Assembly: GCA_963844715.1 (NCBI GenBank)
Contig: CAWJPJ010000006.1
Span: 1,056,001-1,120,000, forward strand
Direction: 5' to 3'
DNA: 64,000 bases
Origin: an uncultured Phycisphaerales bacterium
GTDB taxonomy: Bacteria; Planctomycetota; Phycisphaerae; Tepidisphaerales; Tepidisphaeraceae
Below, piece after piece: positions 9,249 through 20,165 of this stretch (position 1 is the stretch's first letter; every line of letters starts with the position of its first letter). The notes under the pieces are model-generated. The model did no database searches. It had not been told where the DNA came from and saw only the letters and a program-made list of their open reading frames with translations. A program made the translations under genes and the position numbers.

Positions 9249-11441
9249 TTACTGGCCGATCTTGACGTAGTCTCTCCAAAACTCGCGATAGGCGCCCTCG
9301 ATGGCACGCACGAATCCAGGCACGTCCGTCAGGGGTGAGCTGCGCATTCTTTCCCGCAAGCTTGCGCGGAGGGCGGGAAGGCGCGGGAGGTCATTTGCCC
9401 AGGCGTCGGCGAGGCGGACGAACTCGGATTCGTCGGCAGCGGCCAGATCAGTCAGTTGCAAATTGCTCAATTGACTCAAGCCGGCACGCCCCACGCTGGT
9501 CTTGCCCACAAGCGTCAACACGGGGACGCCCATCCAATAAGAGTCGAGGCTCGTGGTATGACCGTTGTAAGGCAAGGTATCCAATCCGAGATCGATCCGC
9601 TGATAGGTCTGGAGGTATTGCCGGCGGGGCTGCTGAGGAACGAATTCGATGCGATCCTGGCCGAGCTGGCGAAGAACCGTCTCGCGCGCGGAACCGGGCG
9701 GGGCCATGAGGAGGATCCGCGAATCTGGAATTTGATCGAGAACGGTTTTCCACCTCCGCAGGGTTTCGGGTGTGACTTTGCAGAAGTTGTTCAGGCAGCC
9801 AAAAGTTAGGCGCCCGGATGAAATGGCCGGGAGGGGACCGACGTCCGGACCATCAAGCACGTCCATCGACTTGGGATCGTAACACCAAAAACTGTGTGGG
9901 AGCCGATGGACTTTTTCCGCGTAATGGCTGTCGGTTCGCCCGGCGGGATCGAGGTAGGGGTCGCTGAGGCGCCAGTCGATTGTTTCGAGGCCGGTGCCGC
10001 CGGGATAGCCGCCGAAGGTGACTTGGATTGGGGCGGGCTTGCGAGCGAAGAGAGGCAAGCGATTTCCCGCTGATTGCCCGGCCAGATCGACGAGAATATC
10101 GATCTTGTCGGCGCGGATCGTTCGTTCGGCGGTTTCGTCGTCCATCAGCTGGATATTCCGCCAGGCGACAGCAGCGGCGGAAACCTTTTGCGTGACGGAA
10201 TCGACTCTGGGGGAATTGGAATAGCAATAGGCCTGGATGGATAGGCGGTCGTGTCCGGTAATCAGCGGCAGGAGATTTCTTCCGACAGGATGGTCGCGGA
10301 AGTCGGCGGAGACGTAGCCGACGCGAAGGACCCGCTCGGGATGGCGATCGTTATCATGGGGGCGGGCCAGCGCCTTGAGCGGCGCGGCGTGCAGTTGAGA
10401 CCAGCGCTTGGCTTCGGCGAGAATCGCGGCGGGATCGTCGTGCGAATAATGCAGGGAAAAGACGAGATTGCCGTGGTACTCGGTGTCGGCGGGCGCAAGG
10501 GCCATGGCTCGGCGATAGCAATCTTCGGATTCGGCCAGGCGGCCGAGTTGTCGCAGGGCGTTGCCGAGATTATTGAATGCTGGGGCGAAATTTGGGCGGA
10601 GGTGGATCGCTTTGTTGCACGCCTCGACGGCGCCGTCGGGATCATTCTGATCGCATAGAGCATTTCCGAGATTGTTGAGGGCCTCGGGATAATCCGGGCG
10701 CACGCCGAGCGCTTTGCGATAGCTTTCGATGGCTTCGCGGACTTTGCCAATGGTGCGAAGGGCGATGCCGAGGTTGTAATGGGCGTCGGCCAGTTGAGGA
10801 TCGAGTTCAACGGCGCGGCGATACTCGGCAATGGCTTCGTCGAATTTGGCGGTGTTTCTCAGGGCTTCGCCCAGGTTGTTATGTCCGGCGGCGAAATTGG
10901 GGGCGATGGTGAGGAGCTTGCGGTAAGTTGAGATGGCGCGGGGGAGGTCTCCCTTGGACATCAGGGCGGCGGCGAGATTATTCAGGGCCTCGGGGTAATC
11001 CGGGCGGAGGGTGAGGGCCTGCTCGAATTCGGCGATGGCTTCATCGGGGTTCCCCGATGAGGCGAGGGCCACGCCGAGGTTGTACGCCAGTTGCGGGACG
11101 CGCGGGTGACGGACGATTGCCTTTCGCAAAACTTCGATTGCGCGGTCGAACTGACCGGTGGAGAGCAGGGCGTTGCCTAGATTGTTGCACGCCGAGGCGG
11201 ATGCGGGATCGATTGCCACGGCCCGCTCGAACTCGGCGACGGCGGCGGTTTTCTGGCCGGATTGAATCAGTAGAATCGCCAGTTCCTGAATGACGTCGGC
11301 ATCTCGCGGCTTGAGAGTCAGGGCCTGGCGGAAAAGTTGTTCCGCTTCGCGGATGCGCTCCCCCTGCTGAGCACGGCGGGCTCGCTGAAGAATTTCGTCA
11401 ATGTTGCCGAACGGTTTCAACGCGAAATTCCCTCTTGCCAT
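9249..11441 (-). CDS. TPR + GT41 (O-GlcNAc transferase/SPINDLY-like) glycosyltransferase, array 1 copy 4
   Basis: About 9 TPRs (NNLGNAL); RVGYVSADFRDHPVG, DKIDILVDLAG, KPAPIQV, LDTLPYNGHTT, WMGVPV. Confidence 0.93.
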   Translation of the reverse strand: MARGNFALKPFGNIDEILQRARRAQQGERIREAEQLFRQALTLKPRDADVIQELAILLIQSGQKTAAVAEFERAVAIDPASASACNNLGNALLSTGQFDRAIEVLRKAIVRHPRVPQLAYNLGVALASSGNPDEAIAEFEQALTLRPDYPEALNNLAAALMSKGDLPRAISTYRKLLTIAPNFAAGHNNLGEALRNTAKFDEAIAEYRRAVELDPQLADAHYNLGIALRTIGKVREAIESYRKALGVRPDYPEALNNLGNALCDQNDPDGAVEACNKAIHLRPNFAPAFNNLGNALRQLGRLAESEDCYRRAMALAPADTEYHGNLVFSLHYSHDDPAAILAEAKRWSQLHAAPLKALARPHDNDRHPERVLRVGYVSADFRDHPVGRNLLPLITGHDRLSIQAYCYSNSPRVDSVTQKVSAAAVAWRNIQLMDDETAERTIRADKIDILVDLAGQSAGNRLPLFARKPAPIQVTFGGYPGGTGLETIDWRLSDPYLDPAGRTDSHYAEKVHRLPHSFWCYDPKSMDVLDGPDVGPLPAISSGRLTFGCLNNFCKVTPETLRRWKTVLDQIPDSRILLMAPPGSARETVLRQLGQDRIEFVPQQPRRQYLQTYQRIDLGLDTLPYNGHTTSLDSYWMGVPVLTLVGKTSVGRAGLSQLSNLQLTDLAAADESEFVRLADAWANDLPRLPALRASLRERMRSSPLTDVPGFVRAIEGAYREFWRDYVKIGQ

Positions 11442-13452
11442 GCGCGGCGAAAGGCGGACTCAACATCGGCGGCAAAGGCGCGGGCGTCGAGCAACCGCGA
11501 GGCGCGCATTTTTTCTCGGAGCGAGGGACGCAACTCCTCCAGACCGGTCATGGCGGCGGCCTTTTTCACGTATTCATCTTCGGAGCCAGCGGCCAGTTCC
11601 GCTAGCCCGAGATTTGTCAGCAAGCTGAGTCCGACGCGGCTGGCGTGAGTTTTGCCGGTCAATGTTACGACGGGAACGCCCATCCAGATCGCCTCGCAGG
11701 TTGTGGTTGTGCCGTTATAAGGATAGGTATCCAGGGCGATGTCCATCTCGGCATAGGTTTGCAAATGCTGGTGAATGGATGGGGATTTGCCGCGGAGATC
11801 GATGCGCGCGGGGTTGATGCCGACGGATGTAAAACGATGGAGAAATTCCGCCCTTGCTTCCGAGTCGCTCAATCCGGCGTTCTTGATCAGCAAACGGCTG
11901 TTGGGAACGGACTGGAGAATCCGAATCCATAGATCTGTCACCTTTTGATTCATTTTGGCCAGGTTGTTGAATGAACCGAAGGTGATGAAGCCGTTGCGCT
12001 TGGCGGGTTGCGGTGAGACTTCCGGCGCATCGGATGGGGGTTGATAGCAGACAAAGCTGTGCGGCAATCGGAGGAGTTTCTCACTGTAATATCCCTCGGT
12101 CATTCCGGGGGGATCGGCGTGGAAGTCCGTGAGGCGGTAATCCATGACGGAGAGACCCGTCGTGTCGGGACAGCCGAGGTAGGTGAATTGAACGGGAGCG
12201 GGTTTGCGGGCGAAGACGAGGAGGCGGTTGCCTGCGGTGTGGCCGGCCAAATCAACGAGGATGTCGATCTTATCCGCGCGGATCATGTCGGAAAGATTTT
12301 GATCGGTGACTCCTGTCGTGTCGCGCCAGTGGTGGACGAGTTTTTTCAATCGCGCTGTCGTCGCGTCACCTTTTAGCAAATCGGCATAGGCAAAAGTCTC
12401 CACCTGGTTCCGATCGTGACCGGCGAGGAGGCTTTCGATGAAGAATCCTACGGAGTGCTCACGGAAATCGGGGGAAACATAGCCAACGCGCAATCTTCGG
12501 TTGGGATCGCGATCAACATCGTAGGGATTAATCTGAGTTGCCAAGGGTTTGGCAAAGCGATCATTCCATTTTTGATGCTCGGCGAAAATTTCGCCGGGTC
12601 GGGGTCGGGAAGAAAATGCAGGGCCCAGAGAAGATTGTCGGCGGCGGGTGGATAGTTTTCCGCGCCGGAACGAATCAATGGCCTCGGGGATGTGGTTCAT
12701 ACCGAGGAGGGCGTTTCCTAGATTTGAATAAGCCTCGGCAAAATCAGGTCGCAAGCTGATCGCGCCCGTGCACGCGGCCGCGGATTCATGGAAACGGGCG
12801 GCGATGGAGAGGCTGTTCCCGAGATTGCTAAACGCCTCGGCAAAATCCGGCTTGATGGCGATCGCCTGGCGGTAGATTTCGATGGCTTCTTCGGTTTTTC
12901 CCTGACGCTCCAGGGCGCCAGCGAGATTATTCAGGGCCTGGGGATGGGGGCCAATGGCGGCGGTTTTGCGGAAATTTTCGACGGCGCCGTCCCAGTCGCC
13001 GGTGGCCCGATAGGCATCGGCCAGATTGTAGTACGAACCCGCGTCGTCCTTGTTGTATTGGATCGCGCTGCGGTAGGCGGAAATTGCCCCTTTCCAATCG
13101 GTCATCGCGCCCAGGGCGCAGCCGAGGTTAAACCAGGCCTGGGACCAATCGGACCGAATGGCAATGGCGCGGCGGCATGCCGCTGCCGCCTCAGCGGGCG
13201 CGAGAGGGCAAGAAGCACGACCGCGAGATTCAACTGGAAATCGGCGCGGCGCGGATCGATTGATGCGGCCCGCTCGAGCGGAGGCAGGGCTTCTCGCGCT
13301 CGCGCGGTTTGAAAAAGGAGAGTCCCGAGGAGATGGAGAGCCTGCGGGTCGTTGGGTTTTTCGGAGATTGCTTTTCTATAAAGCGTCTCGGCCTGGTCGA
13401 GGCGTCCGGCCTGGTGATGGGCGGCGGCGAGGGTGAGTGATTCGCTGGTCAT
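11417..13452 (-). CDS. TPR + GT41 glycosyltransferase, array 1 copy 3 (indels near 13100-13200 and 12600-12660)
   Basis: ORFs 13102..13452 and 11417..13105; GYVSPDFREHSVG, LDTYPYNGTTT; start overlaps the upstream stop (ATGA). Confidence 0.9.
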
Positions 13453-15425
13453 CCCGGCGATTTGCAGTATTCGACCCAGATTCGGCGAAGAGCCGCTTCG
13501 AAGCCGCGGGCGAATTTTGCTCCGTCCATGAGGGCGGATTCCTGCATGCGCGGACGCAAGGATGCCCGCAGCTCCCCGAGGCGCGCGGTGTCTGCGGCAA
13601 GGTCGGCGGCAATTTTAGTAAATTCCTCGGGGGTTTGGGCCGCAAGATTCTGGAGATTCAGATTCGACAGGGCCGTGTAAGAAGCGCGTCCCATGACCGT
13701 TGGACTGACGAGAGTCACGACGGGAACCCCCATCCATAAGGAATCGAACGTGGTGGTATGCCCGCTGCACGGATAGGTGTCGAGGGCGACATCGATTCGG
13801 TTGAACACGCGCAGATATTTCGCACGGAGCAGGCGGTCCATGAATTCAACCCGCTCCATGCTGATCCCTTTTTGGACGAACCGATCGGTGACGCGCTGCC
13901 GAGCCGAGCCTGGGGGCGCGAGCATGATGAACCGGGACGAGGGAACGGCTGCAAGGACGTCGGCCCACATGTCGAGCGTTTCGTCGTTGATTTTCCCAAA
14001 CGTGTTGAGAGAGCCGAAGGTGATGAAGGCGGCGTTCTTCGCCGGGAGAGGACCGACGATCGGCTCCTTCGTCATCGGATCGTAACACCAGAAACAATCG
14101 GGAAGAGGCATGGCAAGCTCGTTTCCCGGTGCGGCCACGGTTGGCGGGCCGTCGGGCGGTTCGAGAAAGCGGTCGGTGAGCCGCCAGTCGATGGTGTCGA
14201 GGCCCGACGTTCCGGGGTATCCCAGCCAACTGACCTGCACGGGCGCGGGTTTTCGCGCGAATGCGAGAAGGCGATTCCCCAGGGTGTGAAGCTTCAAATC
14301 GACGAGAATGTCGATCCCATCTTTGCGAATCTGCTCGGCCAAGTCCTCATCGTGCCAGCCATGGGTGAAGCACCAAGTATCGGCGTAGGTTTGAAACCTT
14401 TTCGTGGAGTCATCCGGTTCGTCAACATCGGCGTAGCAAAAAATCTCATATTGGGCGTGATCGAGATGGCTTAGAAGCGGTTCCAGGAAGAACTCACTGG
14501 CGTGGGCGAAAAAATCGGAGGATGAATAGCCGATGCGCAGGCGGCGTGTGGGATCGCGATCATTCTCATGGGCGCGGAGTTGCGATTTGAGCGGCGCCGA
14601 ATGCAGCTCGTTCCAACGGCGCATTTCGTCGGCCAGGACGCGCAAATCCATTTCCCCATAGTTCACAGTGCCGATAAACGTGCTTCGGTATGCGGCGCTG
14701 TCCGGGCGCAATTCGACGGCTTTGCGATAACTGGCCAGAGCCTCGGGTATCTTTCCCAGATCCTTTTGAATGTTGCCTAGATTGTTGTGAACGTCGGCGC
14801 GGTCGGGATTGAGATAGAGGGCGCGGCGGCAGGCGGTGAGGGCCTCGTCGTATTTCCCCTGGGTCCAGAGGGAATGGCCGAGATTGTTGTAAGCGACGGC
14901 ATCATTGGGACGCGCGGCAATGACCTGGCGAAAGGCTGTTTCCGCGTCCTCCTGGCGACCCAGGGTGCCCAGGGCGCTGCCGAGGTTGTTCAGGGCGTCG
15001 ACAAAATCGGCGCGAATGGCGAGGGTCTGGCGGAACATGGCGATCGCCTCCGGCAGGCGATGCATGGTCGCCAGGGCGATGCCGATATCGTTGGACGCCT
15101 CGGCGTAGTCGGGCTTCAGCTCAAGCGCACGCATCAGGGGTGCAATCGCCTCATGGGGCTTGCCCGACGTGCGCAGGACCACGCCCATGGCGTAATGCAG
15201 ATCGGCGCGCTGATCGTTCTTGGCGACGGCAAGCTGAATATGCTCCAGGGCAGCCTGGGGTTTTCCCTGTCTATATTCGAGAACGGCAATGCGATAGAGC
15301 AAATCGGGGGAATCGGGTTCGTGTTCCAGGAGCTGCTGAAAATGAACGCGCGCCTGTTCGAGATCGCCCGCCTTCTCGTGCCGGAGCGCTTGTTCGAGAA
15401 TTTGTTCCGCCGTCATCTCCGCCAT
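13449..15425 (-). CDS. TPR + GT41 glycosyltransferase, array 1 copy 2
   Basis: TPRs; RIGYSSSDFFAHASE, KPAPVQVSWLGYPGTSG, LDTYPCSGHTT, WMGVPV. Confidence 0.92.
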   Translation of the reverse strand: MAEMTAEQILEQALRHEKAGDLEQARVHFQQLLEHEPDSPDLLYRIAVLEYRQGKPQAALEHIQLAVAKNDQRADLHYAMGVVLRTSGKPHEAIAPLMRALELKPDYAEASNDIGIALATMHRLPEAIAMFRQTLAIRADFVDALNNLGSALGTLGRQEDAETAFRQVIAARPNDAVAYNNLGHSLWTQGKYDEALTACRRALYLNPDRADVHNNLGNIQKDLGKIPEALASYRKAVELRPDSAAYRSTFIGTVNYGEMDLRVLADEMRRWNELHSAPLKSQLRAHENDRDPTRRLRIGYSSSDFFAHASEFFLEPLLSHLDHAQYEIFCYADVDEPDDSTKRFQTYADTWCFTHGWHDEDLAEQIRKDGIDILVDLKLHTLGNRLLAFARKPAPVQVSWLGYPGTSGLDTIDWRLTDRFLEPPDGPPTVAAPGNELAMPLPDCFWCYDPMTKEPIVGPLPAKNAAFITFGSLNTFGKINDETLDMWADVLAAVPSSRFIMLAPPGSARQRVTDRFVQKGISMERVEFMDRLLRAKYLRVFNRIDVALDTYPCSGHTTTFDSLWMGVPVVTLVSPTVMGRASYTALSNLNLQNLAAQTPEEFTKIAADLAADTARLGELRASLRPRMQESALMDGAKFARGFEAALRRIWVEYCKSPG

Positions 15426-15436
15426 CGCCAAACTTC

Positions 15437-17510
15437 CTACACGACAGGGCCGTTTGGGGCAACTGCCTGGCGCCACATGCGGCGGTAGGCCGCTTCAATA
15501 TTTCGCGCAAACCGCTTCGCGTCGGTCAGGGGGCACGCCTGCATCTTTTGGCGCAACTGGGCCCGAAGATCTGCCAGGCGAGTCAAATCTCGGGTCCAAT
15601 CGACGGCAATTTGAACGAATTGCGCTTCGTCGCGGGCGGCGAGTTCCGACAGATTCAGATTGGACAACTGGCTCCATCCGGCGCGGCCGACGCTCGTTTC
15701 GCCGATCAGTGTCACGACCGGCACGCCCATCCAAAAGGAATCGAGACCGGTGGTGTGGCCGTTATACGGAAGCGTATCCAGACCGAGATCGATGCGGTGA
15801 TACGTGTTCAAATAGTCATCACGCGGCTGCTGCGCGACGAATTCGATTCGGGCGGGATCGACGTTCAAAGTTTTTAGGACCCAATCGCGCGCGGAGCCTT
15901 GGGGGGCGAGAAGGACCAGCCGACTCTGCGGCACGGCCGCCAGAACCTGGGACCAAAGATTGAGCGTCTTGGCGTTGATCTTACAGAAGTTGTTGAGGCA
16001 ACCGAAGGTGACGAATCCATTAGTAATCGCCGGCAGAGGATTGACTTCGAAATTCCGGACATCCATCGCATCAGGATCGTAACACCAGAAACTGTCGGGG
16101 AGGCGAGCGAGTCGCTCGGTGTAAAGATTGTCGCCGAGTTCGGGTGGATCCAGATAGGGGTCGGTGATTCGCCAATCCATGGTTTCCAAACCTGTGCCGC
16201 CGGGATATCCGCCGAAGGTCGCCTGGATGGGGGCGGGCTTGAGCGCGAAGAGCGGGAGGCGATTGCCGGCGGTATGGCCGGATAGATCGACGAGGATATC
16301 GATTTGGTCCGCGACGATGGCGTCGGCGGCCTGGATGTCGCCGAGTAATCCGATCGGCCTCCATCCGTCTGATGCAGCGCGAAACTTTTCGGTGATCGAA
16401 TCGACGGTGCGCGAAGTGGGGTAGCAGAATATTTCGAAATTGGCGCGGTCGTGATTCAAAACGAGGGGGAGAATATTTTTCCCGACGGGATGGATGCGCA
16501 GATCGAATGAGACGTAGCCGATGCGCAGGCGGCGGTCCGGATTGCGATCGTTTTTGAGCGTGCGGCGCAGCGGGCGAAGGGGTTTGGCGTAGCGGTCGTT
16601 CCATGCGCGGCATGTGCTGGAGGAGGGTCTGGGCGGACTGCTGGGGATCGTAGAGCCCCAAGAAAACCAGATTGCTGCCGAATACCGGGTCGCCGGGGCA
16701 CAGATCGACGGCGCGGCGGTAATAAACCATGGCTTCGTCCATGCGTCCGACGGCGCGGAGAGCATTGCCGAGATTATTCAGGGCGGGAGGCGCGCTGGGA
16801 GCCAGCTCGACGGCGCGGCGGGCCTCGGCGATGGCGTCATCGAGCCGATTCGCGGACATCAAGGCGTTGGCGAGATTGTGGTGAGCCGGCGCGAAATCGG
16901 GACGAATCTGAATCGCCCGGCGGGCGGCGGTTATGGCCTCCTCGTTTCGATCCACCATCCAGAGGGCATCGCTAAGATTGCTCCATGCCTCGACATAATC
17001 CGCGCGAATCTCGACGGCGCGGCGGAAAAGATCGATCGCGTCGTCGAATCGGCCCTGCAATTTCCGGGCATTTCCGAGATTGTTATGCGCTGGCGCAAAA
17101 TCCGGGCTGGCGGCTATCGCCAAATTGACTTGGGAGATTCCGTCACCGATCCGGCCCAATTGGCAGAGGAGAACACCCAGATCGTTGTGGGCCTGGGGAA
17201 CCCCTGGCCGCAAATCGACAGAGGATTGCAGGGAGGCGATGGCTTCCTCCAATCGACCCTGTGCTTTGAGGGCGTAGGCGAGGTGCTGGTGATATTCCGC
17301 CTTGCGGAAATTCGCGGCGATCGCCTGGCGGAAATAATTTTCGGCCTCCTGCGGACGTCCGGAGCGCAAGAGCAGCTTGGCGAGATCGTGGAGGGCGTCT
17401 TCCCGCTGGGGCTGGCGCTGAAGAATTTGGCGATAGGTTGATTCGGCCTCGCCGATTCGCCCGGCCTGCTCGTGCTTCCTGGCGAGGTCGAGGGTCTGCT
17501 GGATATTCAT
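15437..17510 (-). CDS. TPR + GT41 glycosyltransferase, array 1 copy 1 (frameshift near 16610)
   Basis: TPR ORF 16071..17525 plus catalytic ORF 15437..16765 (GYVSFDLRIHPVG, LDTLPYNGHTT); ATG overlaps the dapF stop. Confidence 0.9.
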
Positions 17511-18356
17511 CGGGCGTCGGGCCATTCCCCGCTGAAGACTTCGGTTGCCGGTCCCGTCATGTAGACGTTGTCATCGGTTTGGCGCCAGTCGAGTTGCAAA
17601 TCGCCGCCGGGAAGATGTCCGAGTATTTTGCGATTCGTTCGGCCGGTTAAAGCGCCGGTGACGCAAACGGCGCAGGCGCCGGTTCCGCAGGCGAGGGTGA
17701 TGCCGCTGCCCCGCTCCCAGTGGCGCATGACGACCTCGTCGGGGTTATTCACTTGCACCCAATGTACGTTGATGCGGCGCGGAAACGCCGCGGCGTTCTC
17801 GATCTTGGGGCCCAGAGCGCTGCACGTCGACCCCGGCGGGATCGTCGGTGAAGATCACCAAGTGCGGATTTCCCATGGAGACGAACGTGGCGCGGAATTC
17901 CTCGCCGTCGATGGTGAAATCGTATTCGTGCTCCCCGACTTTTTTCATTTTTTCGGGATCGACGGGGATTTTGGGAAGGTCCAGGACCGGGCGGCCCATG
18001 TTTACGGTCACGTCGGTGACCCGCTGTTCGCGAAGATGCAAGTCGAGGGTCAGGACGCCGCGGCCGGTTTCGACGGTGAGCGGATTTTTATCGCTGAGAT
18101 TGCGCTCGTGGGCATATTTCGCCAGGCCGCGGATTCCGTTTCCGCACATTTCCGCCTCGCTGCCGTCGGCGTTGAACATGCGCATTTTCAGGTCAGCCTT
18201 CTGGGAGGGGAGAACGAGAATCAGCCCGTCGGCGCCGACGCCGAAATGGCGATCGGAGATGGTTTTCGCCAGTTGCGCGGGATCAGCGACCGTCTCGGCG
18301 AATCCGTTGACGTAAATGTAATCGTTGCCGATGCCGTGCATCTTCGTGAACTTCAT
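17507..18356 (-). CDS. dapF: Diaminopimelate epimerase (frameshifts near 17760-17820)
   Basis: MKFTKMHGIGNDY, NADGSEAEMCGNG, VSMGNPH, WERGSGITLACGTGACA. Confidence 0.95.
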
Positions 18357-18416
18357 CGAGGAAAGTTTAGTCTCAATGGGGGATCAGAGCCAAAACGCTC
18401 AATTGCGGAGGGCTCA

Positions 18417-20147
18417 ATGTCCGATAATCTCCAAGTGCTACACGAAATATTGAGCATTGGACGGATTTTGGACGGCGAACCAGTGCAGCTCGAATTGCCG
18501 CCGCCAGGCGTGGCGGAGGCCCAGGCATTGAAGAATTGGGCGCTCAATCTGGATGCCATCCAAATCCTGCAACCGAAGCTGGAACAATGGGTTAGGGATA
18601 TTCATACGCCCTTTCACTGGGCGCTGGCGCGGGATGGATATCTGACGGCGAAGGATGGAGAAAGCTGGTGGCGCGGGTGCTCCGTGCCGCTGCTGGCCGG
18701 GCGGGAGATGCTCAAGAAGCTGGAACTGGGCGGGTCGGTCGGGTGCTTTGTTTGCCCGTCCCATGCGGGGGAAATCCGGGCGTGCTTCGAGCGGCTGGCG
18801 GCGAATCAGGCCTTTGTGGCTGTGGTTCCGGACCCGCTGACCCTGGCCGTCATGCTCCATTGTGATGACTTCTCATCGGAAATTCGGGGCGGGCGACTGA
18901 TGTTTGTCGGGGGGTGGGATTGGGCGGATCAACTCAACGAGCTTTTCGAATCCCAGCCCGGGCTGGCGCTGCCGCAGACGTTCATCCGCACGGTGCTGAC
19001 AGACGACGACGAATTGAATCGGTTCGCGGCTGAGGCGCAGGCGGTCATCTCCGATCTCAACGCGCGGCGTGCGCAGCGAATCGCCCTGGCGCGCGAGTCG
19101 GCGGAGCGAACCCAGCGGCGCACGGGCCCGGTTCTGGTGGTTGCTTCGGGGTTTCTGCGCGTTTCGGATTTATCGGGGATCACTCTGTCAGCGGCCCTGT
19201 GTGACGAGCAGCGCACGGGCGGTTCGTTTGTTCGGCTCGATCCGGATTATCCTCTTTCCGGCTCGCCGGTTGCCGTGGCGATGAAGGCTGTGGAATGCGA
19301 TGCGATCATAACGGCCAACGCTTTTCGGGCGGGATTGCCTGGGATCGTGCCGGCGAATCGCCCGTGGATCACTTGGGTGACAAAGGGCCCCCACTGCATC
19401 TTGCCGCCGGACGACGCCGCTCCGTTGGATCGCGTGATGCTGGCTGATCCTGAATGGACGCCTGCCGCGCGGCGGTTGGGCTGGCGCGAGGATCAAATTG
19501 AAATTGCTGCGTGGCCTGACCGGCTGGGGTTGTTCGCCGGTTCGGCGTCACCGTCGGGAAAATCGCTGGGTCTACTGGCGGACGTCAGGTCCATCGAAAT
19601 GCCGGATCAGCTCAAAGAGGTCTCGAGTCACCGGTTGTTGTGGGAATCGATCGCGGACGAACTGGCCAACGACCCGCCGGCGCTGGGGATTGATCCAAGG
19701 AAATATCTGGAAAATCGGATGGCGAAAATGGGCGTGACGGCGGAAAGATTCGATTTTGGGCTGTTTTTCGAGCGGCTGATCATGCCGGCGTATTGGGCGG
19801 GATTGACTGACGCGGCCCTGAAGGCGGGATTGCCTGTCTCAATCATCGGGCGCGATTGCACGGGCACGCCGGGCGATCTGGTCGAGCGCATCCTGGATTG
19901 CGGGGCGATGATTCATCCGATGCCCGGGAAAGATGCACATCCGGTCGATGTGCTGGGAATCCCGGTGATTCAGCCGGCGGGACTAAGTTTGAATCAGTTC
20001 ATTTTTGCGGCCAAACGCGTGCTGGCGGGCGAGACGCCGATTCGGCGCCGGGCAATTCCGCCGCTTTCGATTGGGCGCGTTTTGAGTTTGATTCCATCGA
20101 TGCGATGGACGGTGACCGATGAGGTTGTGGACAAATGCTCCGATTGA
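18417..20147 (+). CDS. Hypothetical protein with Maf-like N-terminal region and probable degenerate glycosyltransferase C-terminal region
   Basis: SD GGAGG before MSDNLQ; segment VVPDPLTLAVMLHCDDFSSEIRGGRLMFVGG resembles the N-domain of motility-associated-factor glycosyltransferases (recognised by eye). Confidence 0.5.
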   Translation: MSDNLQVLHEILSIGRILDGEPVQLELPPPGVAEAQALKNWALNLDAIQILQPKLEQWVRDIHTPFHWALARDGYLTAKDGESWWRGCSVPLLAGREMLKKLELGGSVGCFVCPSHAGEIRACFERLAANQAFVAVVPDPLTLAVMLHCDDFSSEIRGGRLMFVGGWDWADQLNELFESQPGLALPQTFIRTVLTDDDELNRFAAEAQAVISDLNARRAQRIALARESAERTQRRTGPVLVVASGFLRVSDLSGITLSAALCDEQRTGGSFVRLDPDYPLSGSPVAVAMKAVECDAIITANAFRAGLPGIVPANRPWITWVTKGPHCILPPDDAAPLDRVMLADPEWTPAARRLGWREDQIEIAAWPDRLGLFAGSASPSGKSLGLLADVRSIEMPDQLKEVSSHRLLWESIADELANDPPALGIDPRKYLENRMAKMGVTAERFDFGLFFERLIMPAYWAGLTDAALKAGLPVSIIGRDCTGTPGDLVERILDCGAMIHPMPGKDAHPVDVLGIPVIQPAGLSLNQFIFAAKRVLAGETPIRRRAIPPLSIGRVLSLIPSMRWTVTDEVVDKCSD

Positions 20148-20165
20148 GCAAAAGGGGATTTCCCT

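Noticed and set aside
17568..18416. N-terminal part of the 859-aa ORF 17568..20147
   Set aside because: Antisense shadow of dapF; the real start with an SD is at 18417
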